From positions 5,527 through 69,526 of the forward strand of contig JBEAYY010000026.1 in the NCBI GenBank assembly GCA_041170365.1: DNA of 64,000 bases. The letters run 5' to 3'. This DNA comes from Actinomycetota bacterium. Its GTDB lineage: Bacteria > Actinomycetota > Actinomycetes > S36-B12 > UBA5976. Numbering within the stretch: position 1 is the stretch's first letter; each line of letters begins with the position of its first letter. The position numbers and the translations under genes are program-made. The notes below the pieces were generated by a model. That model ran no database searches, was not told where the DNA came from, and worked only from the letters and a program-made list of their open reading frames with translations. Positions 21,733-31,019 of the stretch are shown here, one piece after another.

Positions 21733-22944
21733 TTAAAGGCTTGAGTCTAATTGGCGCTTAATTCCAGCCAAATACTCCTCAGTTGTAGCCCAAGCTTGCT
21801 CAGAACTGATTAATCTTGCCAAATCTTTAGTCATTAATCCTGATTCAACTGTTTTAATGCATGCTTGTTCTAATTTATTTGCAAAACCAATAAGTTCTTT
21901 GTTGTTATCTAAAGTTCCACGATGTTTTAATCCACCAGTCCACGCAAAAATTGAAGCTATTGGATTAGTTGAAGTTGGTTGACCTGCTTGATATTTTCTG
22001 TAGTGTCTTGTAACTGTGCCATGTGCTGCTTCTGATTCAACAATTTTTCCATCTGGTGTCATCAAAACACTTGTCATCAATCCTAAAGATCCAAAACCTT
22101 GAGCAACGGTGTCACTTTGTACATCTCCGTCATAATTTTTACAAGCCCATACGTAACCACCGCTCCATTTCAAAGCTGTGGCAACCATGTCATCGATTAA
22201 TCGATGTTCATATGTTAAACCTTTTTGTTCAAATTCTTTCTTAAATTCATTTTCATAAATTTCTGCAAAGATGTCTTTAAATCTTCCATCATAAGCTTTT
22301 AAAATTGTATTTTTTGTTGATAAATAAACTGGATAATTTCTTGATAATCCATATCTAAATGAAGCTCTTGCAAAATCCTTAATGCTGTCATCAAAGTTAT
22401 ACATTCCCATGGCAACACCAGATCCTTTGAAATTTGCTACTTCAAATTCCATAGGTTTTGACCCATCTTCTGGTTGATAGGTAAGGGTTACTTTTCCAGG
22501 ACCTGGAACTACAAAATCTGTTGCTTTGTATTGATCACCATGTGCGTGACGACCAATCACAATTGGTTTTGTCCAACTTGGGACAAGTCTTGGAATATTG
22601 GAAATAATAATTGGCTCACGAAAAATAACTCCACCTAAAATATTTCTAATAGTTCCATTAGGTGATTTCCACATTTTCTTTAAACCAAATTCTTTAACTC
22701 TTGCTTCATCTGGAGTTATAGTTGCACATTTAACGCCCACTCCATGTTTTTTAATAGCATTTGCTGAATCAATTGTTACTTGATCATCTGTCTTATCTCT
22801 ATGTTCAATGCTTAAATCATAATATTCCAAATTAATATCTAGATAAGGCAAAATTAATTCATCTTTAATAAATTGCCAAATGATGCGAGTCATTTCATCT
22901 CCATCTAATTCAACAACTGGATTTGCTACCTTGATTTTTGCCAT
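21733..22944 (-). CDS. icd: NADP-dependent isocitrate dehydrogenase (homodimeric, eukaryote-like subfamily)
   Basis: 403 aa. [23 protein letters not shown]...NYDGDVQSD...AHGTVTRH are hallmark type II IDH sequences. Confidence 0.95.
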   Translation of the reverse strand: MAKIKVANPVVELDGDEMTRIIWQFIKDELILPYLDINLEYYDLSIEHRDKTDDQVTIDSANAIKKHGVGVKCATITPDEARVKEFGLKKMWKSPNGTIRNILGGVIFREPIIISNIPRLVPSWTKPIVIGRHAHGDQYKATDFVVPGPGKVTLTYQPEDGSKPMEFEVANFKGSGVAMGMYNFDDSIKDFARASFRYGLSRNYPVYLSTKNTILKAYDGRFKDIFAEIYENEFKKEFEQKGLTYEHRLIDDMVATALKWSGGYVWACKNYDGDVQSDTVAQGFGSLGLMTSVLMTPDGKIVESEAAHGTVTRHYRKYQAGQPTSTNPIASIFAWTGGLKHRGTLDNNKELIGFANKLEQACIKTVESGLMTKDLARLISSEQAWATTEEYLAGIKRQLDSSL

Positions 22945-22954
22945 TATTTTTCCT

Positions 22955-23911
22955 TTAGAGATTTTTGACGTCTGCTTGTTTAGTTCTTACTGCTTCTGCT
23001 GCAACTTTTAAAGCAGCTAATTCATCCTCGTCCAATTTTGTTTCAACAACTTTATTAATGCCATTTGAACCAAGTTGGGCTTCAACACCTAGATAAACTC
23101 CATTAATTCCAAATTCGCCATCAACCCATGCACAAACTGGCATAACTTTATTTGAATTTATTGCCACTGCTTTGGCCATTTCTGCTGCAGCTGCACTTGG
23201 AGCGTAATAAGCAGATCCGGTTTTTAATAACGCAACAACTTCTGCTCCACCATTTCTGGTGCGCTCTACTAATTTATCTATTTCTTCTTTTGGAAGTACT
23301 TCACTAAGAGATTTACCTTTGACACTTGATTGACTTGGCACTGGCACCATTGTTTCGCCATGTGAACCTAAAGTTAAAGTTTTAACTTCACTAATTAGTG
23401 AACCAGTTTTTTCTGCAACAAAATAAGAAAATCTTGCAGTATCTAACATTCCTGCTTGACCCATAACTTTATTTTTTGAAAATCCGGTAGCAATCTGAGC
23501 AAGTGCAGTCATTTCATCTAACGGATTAGAAACAACAATCACCACAGAATTTGGCGCATGCTTGGCGATATTTTCTGAAACTTGTCGAACAATCTTGGCA
23601 TTTGTTTCTATCAAATCCATTCTGCTCATTCCAGGTTTTCTTGGAAGTCCTGCAGTGATAACCACGATTGAAGAATCTTTTATAGCTTCATATCCGCTGC
23701 CATCAGACAATGTAGTTTGTCCAACTATTTTTGTTTCAAAATTTTGTATCGGACGTGATTGGTTCATATCAAGTGCTAAACCTTCAGCTTTACCATCAAC
23801 AACATCAGTTAAAACTACGGTTTCAAAAATGTCATATTCAGCTAAACGCATTGCGGTTGTTGAGCCATAAAAACCTGCTCCAATAACTGAAACTTTGCCA
23901 GATCTAGCCAA
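22955..23911 (-). CDS. mdh: malate dehydrogenase (LDH-like family)
   Basis: 318 aa with a TTG start. [10 protein letters not shown] dinucleotide fold, [19 protein letters not shown]. Confidence 0.95.
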   Translation of the reverse strand: MARSGKVSVIGAGFYGSTTAMRLAEYDIFETVVLTDVVDGKAEGLALDMNQSRPIQNFETKIVGQTTLSDGSGYEAIKDSSIVVITAGLPRKPGMSRMDLIETNAKIVRQVSENIAKHAPNSVVIVVSNPLDEMTALAQIATGFSKNKVMGQAGMLDTARFSYFVAEKTGSLISEVKTLTLGSHGETMVPVPSQSSVKGKSLSEVLPKEEIDKLVERTRNGGAEVVALLKTGSAYYAPSAAAAEMAKAVAINSNKVMPVCAWVDGEFGINGVYLGVEAQLGSNGINKVVETKLDEDELAALKVAAEAVRTKQADVKNL

Positions 23912-23981
23912 GATTTATCACAAGCCCTTCAAAAGAATTCAATTTGTTATGACAATTCTAGTAAGGAATAAGGGTGTGAAA

Positions 23982-24332
23982 TTATGAGGGCACAACTATT
24001 GAAAGGATTATTAAGAAAACTGAAAAAAATGTTAAAACTGTTACATCAATCCATTTAGTACGGACATAAAGCCAGCCGAGTGAAAATCTTGGTAGTGATG
24101 CACGTAACAATGCTGCAACTGCCACGCCTAGTGAAAAAACTAAAACTCCAACTCGAAAATTCATTTGAGTGGCAAGAAAGATTCCAAAGATTGTAATTAT
24201 TAAAGGTAATAAAGTTGGCCATTGTCTCCTAATTAATTTTTGCCAACGATTTACTTTAACTTCTACATCATTATTTGAAATAGCCCTTAAGTTTCTATTT
24301 TCAGAATTAGAAGCTGGATTTGTCGCAGGCAT
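23982..24332 (-). CDS. DUF3017-like small membrane protein
   Basis: 116 aa. Polar N-terminus followed by three TM helices, a pattern common in actinobacterial DUF3017 proteins. Confidence 0.55.
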   Translation of the reverse strand: MPATNPASNSENRNLRAISNNDVEVKVNRWQKLIRRQWPTLLPLIITIFGIFLATQMNFRVGVLVFSLGVAVAALLRASLPRFSLGWLYVRTKWIDVTVLTFFSVFLIILSIVVPS

Positions 24333-24341
24333 AAATTTAGA

Positions 24342-25142
24342 CTACCTTAAATCGCTTGCAAGATAGACAGCAAACAGCATCAATGCTGCTCCAAACAGTA
24401 AAGCCCACCCCACATTTATATTTGCATTAGGCATAACTATGTCTAAGAAAATAGAAGTTACTAACTGACCTGCTACTGTTGCCAGACTAAAAAGTAATAC
24501 ACCTAAAGTTCTTACAACCGCAGCAGCTAAATAAACCACAATGGCTCCGAGAATTCCTGCAGAATAAAGCCACCATTGACTAGGCCAACTTGTCCAATCT
24601 TTTCCCAATAAATTCATCACGAACAACGTAATAGTTACTGCAAGCATTGACATTGGAAAATTTATGAATGCAGAAACTTGAGAATTAGCTACTTTTGTGA
24701 CTCTGGCATTTAATGCAAATTGCATAGTGACAGCTAAACCTGCAATTACTACAGCAATTATTGGTGCCCATAATATTTCACCATTAAATTCAGATACCGA
24801 GAAAAAAACTGCCACAATACCAATCGACATTGCCAAAAATCTTTTCTTTGTGATATTTCTTTTTTTACCTGAGCTAAAACCAAACTTGTCAACAAATATG
24901 CCGCTTATATTTTGTGAAGCAACTAAAACAACAGTGAATAAACCTGTCCCAATAATGCTTACTGTGCTTGAAGCAGTTGAAATATAAACGGCTCCAGCAA
25001 CTCCTCCCAATAGTTGCCATTTAGCAAATTTTTTATCTAATACCAACTTAATTAAATTTTTAAATTTATTTCTTACTTCAGGATTTAATAAAAATAAACT
25101 CATAAATATTGTGCCACCAATATTTGATATAAGTGCAGCCAT
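24342..25142 (-). CDS. DUF606 (YdcZ-like) DMT-superfamily membrane protein; true start probably upstream
   Basis: A 266-aa polytopic ORF from ATG 25142. The frame stays open to 25277 and encodes a further family-like helix (SIALAFVAGVAATLQASVSGQLAHKL) with no ATG, GTG or TTG. Confidence 0.7.
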   Translation of the reverse strand: MAALISNIGGTIFMSLFLLNPEVRNKFKNLIKLVLDKKFAKWQLLGGVAGAVYISTASSTVSIIGTGLFTVVLVASQNISGIFVDKFGFSSGKKRNITKKRFLAMSIGIVAVFFSVSEFNGEILWAPIIAVVIAGLAVTMQFALNARVTKVANSQVSAFINFPMSMLAVTITLFVMNLLGKDWTSWPSQWWLYSAGILGAIVVYLAAAVVRTLGVLLFSLATVAGQLVTSIFLDIVMPNANINVGWALLFGAALMLFAVYLASDLR

Positions 25143-25251
25143 AATTCCGTCATTTAATTTATGAGCTAATTGACCACTTACACTTGCTTGTAATGTCGCA
25201 GCAACTCCTGCAACAAAGGCAAGTGCTATTGAAAATGGAACACTTGCTTTC

Positions 25252-26799
25252 TCAATGAGAAAAATGTCTAACTCCAGTTAAGTACATTGTTATGCCTGCT
25301 TTATTTGCCAGTGCAATAACTTCTTCATCATTTTTTGAACCACCAGGATGCACTATTGCATTTACACCTGCATTAATTAAAACTTCTACAGCATCTGCAA
25401 AGGGGAAAAATGCATCAGAAGCTGCAACGCTATTTTTTGATCTTTCTTTTGCACCTTCTACAGCTAATTTTGCTGCTGAAACTCTATTTACTTGGCCCAT
25501 TCCAACACCAACCATTGCACCATCTTTTGCTAAAACAATCGCATTAGATTTTGGTGCTCTAACGCTTCTCCAAGCAAACTCTAAATCTTTTAAAGTATTG
25601 TCACTTGCTTTTGTTCCAGAAACTAATTTCCATTCATCTGGATCATCTCCATAACTTTCAACATCGTCAACAGTTTGCATAAGAACGCCACCAGAAACTG
25701 TTCTCCATTCAACACGCTTCCCCATGTGTGGACCTGAAATTTGTAAAATTCTTAAATTACTTTTTTGTTTTAATATCTCTAGAGCATCCTCATCAAATGC
25801 AGGGGCCACAATCACTTCTGTAAAAACATCGTTAATCAATGTTGCAGTTTTTTTATCAACTTTTCTATTTGTGCCAATTACTCCCCCAAATGCTGAAATT
25901 GGATCAGCATATAAAGCTTTTTCAAAAGCTAAAGATAAGTCATCAGCTATTGCTATTCCACAAGGATTTGCATGTTTAATGATGACTGCACAAGGTTCAA
26001 CATGGTCAAATGCAGCATTTCTTGCTGCATCTGCATCTATGAAATTGTTATAAGACATTTCTTTTCCTGCAAGTTGTTTTGCTTGGGCAATACCTTTCTC
26101 AGAACTAATTCCTGAATACAAGGCAGCTGTTTGATGTGGATTTTCTCCATATCGCAAAACTTGAGTTCGTTTAAATGAAGCTCCAACCCATTTAGGAGCA
26201 TCTTTTTCATCAGTTACTTTTCTTGAAAACCATCTAGCAATCAAAGTGTCATAAGTTGCAGTATGCGAAAAAGCTTCGGCAGACCATTGCATTCTTTGTT
26301 CACGAGAAATTCCAGAATCTAATTGACTAATTAAATTTTTATATTCATTTGGAGAAACTACAACTGATACATGCTCAAAATTCTTGGCAGCAGCCCTTAT
26401 TAGCGCTACTCCACCAATATCTATTTGTTCAATGCATTCTTCAAAATTTGCACCAGATGAAACTGTATCTAAAAACGGGTAAAGATTAACTATAACTAGA
26501 TCAAAAGGTTTTACCCCAAGTTTTTGTAGTTCATGATTGTGTTGGGTGTTGTTTTGATCAACTAAAATTGCCCCGTGAATATTTGGATGTAATGTTTTTA
26601 CCCTGCCACTTAATATTTCTTCACTTTTAGTTACTTCACTTACTTTAATTACAGGTATGTTTAGTTGAGAGATAAAATCAGCTGTTTTTCCTGTTGAAAC
26701 TATTTCAATATTTTTACTATGCAATATTTTTGCTAAATCTTCCAAGCCATCTTTATTAGAAACACTAATTAGAGCTCTAGTTATTTTCTTGCTAGACAT
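25252..26799 (-). CDS. purH: bifunctional AICAR formyltransferase/IMP cyclohydrolase
   Basis: 515 aa. RALISVSNKDGL...VKTLHP...FFPFADAVE...PGGSKND. Confidence 0.97.
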   Translation of the reverse strand: MSSKKITRALISVSNKDGLEDLAKILHSKNIEIVSTGKTADFISQLNIPVIKVSEVTKSEEILSGRVKTLHPNIHGAILVDQNNTQHNHELQKLGVKPFDLVIVNLYPFLDTVSSGANFEECIEQIDIGGVALIRAAAKNFEHVSVVVSPNEYKNLISQLDSGISREQRMQWSAEAFSHTATYDTLIARWFSRKVTDEKDAPKWVGASFKRTQVLRYGENPHQTAALYSGISSEKGIAQAKQLAGKEMSYNNFIDADAARNAAFDHVEPCAVIIKHANPCGIAIADDLSLAFEKALYADPISAFGGVIGTNRKVDKKTATLINDVFTEVIVAPAFDEDALEILKQKSNLRILQISGPHMGKRVEWRTVSGGVLMQTVDDVESYGDDPDEWKLVSGTKASDNTLKDLEFAWRSVRAPKSNAIVLAKDGAMVGVGMGQVNRVSAAKLAVEGAKERSKNSVAASDAFFPFADAVEVLINAGVNAIVHPGGSKNDEEVIALANKAGITMYLTGVRHFSH

Positions 26800-26888
26800 A
26801 AATATGAAAAATTCCCCTCATAAGACTTATCAACTAAGTAGCCATGGAAAGCCTATCTAGAGGTCTTTTATTTCAATAAATAGGTGGC

Positions 26889-28082
26889 TTAACTTTGGGA
26901 AGAACTGGGTTCTACTTCCTCTGCTTCAATTTTATTTCTATTCTTTGCAGCGTTCCAAAGCAAGATAAATGTAATTAGAATTACTTCTCCGATTAAAAAC
27001 CAAATCATTGTTCTTTGAAATACCTCTTTGGAACTAACTCCAAAATTAAGTAATAGATTATTTCCCAAAGATCCTGTACTTAAAAAACTTAAAATAGAAA
27101 TAACACTTGCCACACCTAGGGAAACAAAAATCGCAGAAACTATCCAGATTCCAATGTTTTTATTTCTAGTACTAATTGCCATTAAAATTCCAAAAAGTAT
27201 TGGAATCAGATAGAAATATTTCACATAACTTGGCAACGTTGTTGGGATAAGTCCAAACCAAGGCCAAGCTGGTAATTGGGCAATAGTCACAGAATTTAAA
27301 TTAATAGTGGAACCAGCCCCTAATACGATAGTTGAATTTGTCAAAAAAGCCCAAGCCCAAAGAATAAAGTTTGGAAACCAGCCAATTCCAGAAACAACAA
27401 CAGCAATAAGCGCTACTACTCCGCCAAGAAGTGATGATTGCATCAAAAGCATATTTTCATAATTAAATCCAATAGCAACTAAAACAAGAATCATTGAAGT
27501 AATTAAAATAATTAAACTAAACCTAAATATTAATTTAATAATTCTTTTTATTGGTTCATCTAAATCATCAAATATTAAAGACCAAGTTCCCCCGACAGTG
27601 CCCACGGCTAAAATTGACATAGAAATAACCATAATTGAAGGTTTAAGCATTACTTCAAACCAATTTATATTTTCAGGACTAACTAAAAATCTAAGTAAAG
27701 CAATAACAAGGGCGTATGAGACAGATGCAACACTTACCACTAAAAGTGATATCAATGTAGGTCTTTTCATTTCTTCATGTAGAGCAGATCTAATTGCCCA
27801 ACGAGAAGATCTATATAAAGAAATTAAAGTAATAAATATAAATCCAAGAAAAGGTAAAGACAAAGTTACAGAATTAATAACTAATGGAACACCTTGCATG
27901 GCTAAAAATCCCCACACCACAACTTTGAATGCATCAGTTAAAGAGCTTGATCTGTCACCAGCCAATATCCATGTTGTAAAAACTAAAGTTACAGATAATC
28001 CAAAAGTAATTAAAAATGTCCAAAAGGTAACTAATAAGCCAGCAACTACAACGTTATGACGTTGAACTGGTGAATCAGCCAC
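26889..28082 (-). CDS. polytopic membrane protein, PerM/DUF6350-like
   Basis: 397 aa with about 10 TM helices. It sits between sucD and purH, as perM (Rv0955) does in mycobacteria. The family assignment rests on context and topology, not on a motif. Confidence 0.5.
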   Translation of the reverse strand: MADSPVQRHNVVVAGLLVTFWTFLITFGLSVTLVFTTWILAGDRSSSLTDAFKVVVWGFLAMQGVPLVINSVTLSLPFLGFIFITLISLYRSSRWAIRSALHEEMKRPTLISLLVVSVASVSYALVIALLRFLVSPENINWFEVMLKPSIMVISMSILAVGTVGGTWSLIFDDLDEPIKRIIKLIFRFSLIILITSMILVLVAIGFNYENMLLMQSSLLGGVVALIAVVVSGIGWFPNFILWAWAFLTNSTIVLGAGSTINLNSVTIAQLPAWPWFGLIPTTLPSYVKYFYLIPILFGILMAISTRNKNIGIWIVSAIFVSLGVASVISILSFLSTGSLGNNLLLNFGVSSKEVFQRTMIWFLIGEVILITFILLWNAAKNRNKIEAEEVEPSSSQS

Positions 28083-28085
28083 AAT

Positions 28086-28964
28086 TTATTTTATGGCTGC
28101 GCGTAATAAAAGTGCGGTTTCACTTGGAGTTTTACCGACTTTAACTCCAACTTTTTCTAATGCTATTTTTTTAGCTTCTGCTGTTCCACTTGAACCAGAG
28201 ACAATTGCTCCAGCATGACCCATTGTTTTTCCCTCAGGTGCAGTAAAACCAGCCACATAGGCAACTACAGGTTTAGTGATGTTTTCTTTAATAAAGTCTG
28301 CTGCTCTTTCTTCAGCATCTCCACCAATTTCACCAATCATCACGATTGCTTTGGTATCGGGATCTTTTTCAAATTCACGTAAAGCATCAATATGTGTTGT
28401 ACCAATAATTGGATCTCCACCAATGCCAATTGCTGTTGTAAAACCTAAATCTCTTAATTCATACATCATTTGATATGTAAGTGTTCCTGATTTAGAAACT
28501 AATCCAATAATTCCCTTATTGGTAATGTCTGCAGGAATAATTCCAGCATTACTTAAACTTGGGGAAATAATTCCTGGACAATTTGGACCAATAATTCTTG
28601 TTTTGCCAACTTTTTGCGAATGTGCAAAGAAGTTTGCGGTGTCATGCACTGGTATTCCTTCAGTAATTACTACTACTAATGGCATGAAAGCATCAACTGC
28701 TTCTATTACTGCAGCTTTTGCAAATTTTGGGGGAACGAAAACAACAGAAACATTTGCACCTGTTTGATCCATTGCTTCTTTGACTGAATTAAAAATTGGA
28801 ATATTTTTCCCCGCAACTTCTAGAGTTTGACCACCTTTTCCAGGTGTTACTCCTGCAACTATTTGCGTTCCAGATTTGATCATTCGTTCGCTATGTTTTT
28901 TACCTTCAGCACCAGTCATGCCCTGAACTATTACTTTGCTGTTTTGGTCTAAGAAAATGGCCAT
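28086..28964 (-). CDS. sucD: succinate--CoA ligase subunit alpha
   Basis: 292 aa. VQGMTGAEG...SKSGTLTY...GHAGAI (phosphohistidine loop). Confidence 0.97.
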   Translation of the reverse strand: MAIFLDQNSKVIVQGMTGAEGKKHSERMIKSGTQIVAGVTPGKGGQTLEVAGKNIPIFNSVKEAMDQTGANVSVVFVPPKFAKAAVIEAVDAFMPLVVVITEGIPVHDTANFFAHSQKVGKTRIIGPNCPGIISPSLSNAGIIPADITNKGIIGLVSKSGTLTYQMMYELRDLGFTTAIGIGGDPIIGTTHIDALREFEKDPDTKAIVMIGEIGGDAEERAADFIKENITKPVVAYVAGFTAPEGKTMGHAGAIVSGSSGTAEAKKIALEKVGVKVGKTPSETALLLRAAIK

Positions 28965-30142
28965 TACTTAACACCTGCAGCAAGTTGTGCAGCTTTTGCT
29001 GCTGCATTATCCATCGTGTCAACTATTTCTACGTTTTCAATTTTTGCACTTTTTAGAATTCTTAAACCTTCTTGTGCATTATTTCCATCAAGTCGAACCA
29101 CAATTGGTCTTGGTTTAATTGTTGAATCAGATTTCAAAATTTCTAATGCTTGCACAATTCCATTAGCAACAGCATCACAAGCTGTTATGCCACCAAAAAC
29201 ATTTACAAATACTGATTTAACTGAAGGATCAGACAAAATTATTCCTAAGCCATCTGCCATGACTTGAGCAGAAGCTCCTCCTCCAATATCTAGAAAATTT
29301 GCAGGTTTTACATTCCCAAATTTTTCCCCTGCATAAGCCACAACATCAAGTGTGCTCATAACTAATCCAGCACCGTTACCAATAATTCCAACTGAACCAT
29401 CAAGCTTTACATAATTTAAATCTTTTTCTTTTGCTCTTGTTTCAAGTGGATCCACATTTGCTGTATCGATGTATTTTTCAAAATCAGGATGTCTAAATAA
29501 AGCGTTATCGTCTAAAGTCACTTTTCCATCAAGAGCAACTATACGATCATCATTTGTTCTAACTAAAGGATTTATTTCAATTAACGTGGCATCGATTTGG
29601 ATAAATGCTTTCCACATTTTTTCAATGAGTTCAGCAACTGGGTTTAATACTTCAGAAGGAATCCCTGCTTTTTGAGCAATTTCTGTCGCTTTAGTTTTAT
29701 CGACACCAGTGATTGGATTTATAGAAATCTTGGCAAGTTTTTCAGGAGTTTTAACAGCAACTTCTTCAATATCCATTCCACCAGCCACACTTGCCATAGC
29801 TAAAAATGTTCTATTAGTTCTATCCAACAAAAAAGAAACGTAATATTCTTCCTTGATATCTTCTGCTGGAGTAATTAGAACTTTTTTAACAATGTGACCT
29901 TTAATATCTAAACCTAAAATATTATTTGCTTTTTCAAAAGCTTCATCAGGATTTGTGGCCAGTTTTACTCCACCTGCTTTTCCTCTACCACCAGTTTTAA
30001 CTTGTGCTTTCACAACAACTGGTTTATTAAATTCTTGGGCTGCTTTTTTCGCATCAATTGCAGTTGTGACAACTTTTCCAACTTGGGTAGAAATTTGATT
30101 TAAGGCAAATAATTCTTTTGCTTGATATTCGTATAAATCCAC
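28964..30142 (-). CDS. sucC: succinate--CoA ligase subunit beta
   Basis: 392 aa with a GTG start. [12 protein letters not shown]...[10 protein letters not shown]...NIGGGA. Confidence 0.97.
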   Translation of the reverse strand: MDLYEYQAKELFALNQISTQVGKVVTTAIDAKKAAQEFNKPVVVKAQVKTGGRGKAGGVKLATNPDEAFEKANNILGLDIKGHIVKKVLITPAEDIKEEYYVSFLLDRTNRTFLAMASVAGGMDIEEVAVKTPEKLAKISINPITGVDKTKATEIAQKAGIPSEVLNPVAELIEKMWKAFIQIDATLIEINPLVRTNDDRIVALDGKVTLDDNALFRHPDFEKYIDTANVDPLETRAKEKDLNYVKLDGSVGIIGNGAGLVMSTLDVVAYAGEKFGNVKPANFLDIGGGASAQVMADGLGIILSDPSVKSVFVNVFGGITACDAVANGIVQALEILKSDSTIKPRPIVVRLDGNNAQEGLRILKSAKIENVEIVDTMDNAAAKAAQLAAGVK

Positions 30143-30287
30143 GATTTTTAGTCAAACTCCCTATTTGTTTTTCAAAGCCTAGATAAGCCTATTGAATCCC
30201 TTTTATCTTTTGTATCTTGAGTGCAAATGAGATAAGTCACCAACCCCATCTGTTACAGATGTGACATCTGGCATGGTTGAGTAGAAG

Positions 30288-31019
30288 ATGATGAAACTAA
30301 AAGCTCCAAATAATCGTTGGCTCTCTGGTGGAATCCTGGTTGTTGCAATTGGTTTAACTATTGCAATGGCTTTGCCATCTAATTTTTCTGCATCAAGTGA
30401 ACCTGTAGTGGTTGCTGATGCTCCTCAAGAATTATCTGTCGCCAATCAAGATGTAGCAGCTGCAGAACTTCCAATTATTGAAAAACCAATTACTGCAAAA
30501 CTTGGCGCACCAGCAACCGTTGAAAAAATTCAAAGATTTAAAGATCAAGCAGCAGTTATTGCAGCACGTGAACAAGCAAGAATTGCTGCAGAAAAAGCAA
30601 AGCAAGCAGCAGAGCGAAGAGCTTTAAGAGCTAAGTACACAGTTAATCCTGCTCGAGCAAGAATTTCTGTTCCTTATGGAAGAAGAGGAAGAATTTGGGA
30701 TTTAGGTTGGCACACTGGTACTGACTTCAATGGAAATTATGGTGATCCTGTTTATTCAGCAAGAGTGGGTACTGTTTTATTTACAGGTTGGCGTCCTTCT
30801 TATGGAAGAACAATTGAAATCAAACATCCAGATGGTGCAGTGACAAGATATGCACATTTATCTCGAATCAGGGTAAATCCAGGCGATGAAGTAGATGTTG
30901 GGCAAAGAATTGGAAATATTGGTGCATCAGGAAAAGCCTTTGGAGCTCACTTACATTTTGAAGTGTTAGTTAATGGAAGTTTTAGAAATCCTTGGGTTTG
31001 GCTTTGGGGTAAGGATTAA
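30288..31019 (+). CDS. M23 family metallopeptidase (membrane-anchored peptidoglycan endopeptidase)
   Basis: 243 aa. TM helix, coiled Ala/Arg-rich linker, and LytM-type motifs HTGTDF and HLHFEV. Confidence 0.9.
   Translation: MMKLKAPNNRWLSGGILVVAIGLTIAMALPSNFSASSEPVVVADAPQELSVANQDVAAAELPIIEKPITAKLGAPATVEKIQRFKDQAAVIAAREQARIAAEKAKQAAERRALRAKYTVNPARARISVPYGRRGRIWDLGWHTGTDFNGNYGDPVYSARVGTVLFTGWRPSYGRTIEIKHPDGAVTRYAHLSRIRVNPGDEVDVGQRIGNIGASGKAFGAHLHFEVLVNGSFRNPWVWLWGKD

Noticed and set aside
23912-23981. Weak AT-rich hairpin (AGAATT...AATTCT) between the DUF3017-like gene and mdh
   Set aside because: It is a 6-bp all-weak stem containing an EcoRI-like palindrome. It is too unstable to call as a terminator or operator.
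25292-26053. Two plus-strand ORFs (120 aa and 109 aa) antisense to purH
   Set aside because: purH is unambiguous on the minus strand. The antisense translations are Ala/Ser/Phe-rich, as expected for the reverse frame of a conserved gene.
27598-28059. 153-aa plus-strand ORF antisense to the PerM-like membrane protein
   Set aside because: It is a shadow ORF opposite a hydrophobic-protein gene, with a low-complexity Thr/Ile/Lys-rich translation and no start context or family resemblance.
30143-30287. Possible cyclic-di-AMP (ydaO-type) riboswitch upstream of the M23 peptidase, as is common for actinobacterial wall hydrolases
   Set aside because: The region is only 145 nt and is shared with the divergent sucC promoter. 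It lacks the G-rich conserved cores (the ACGGGG/GGGGA-type segments) I associate with that riboswitch. Only a small alternative-pairing motif remains, which is reported separately.
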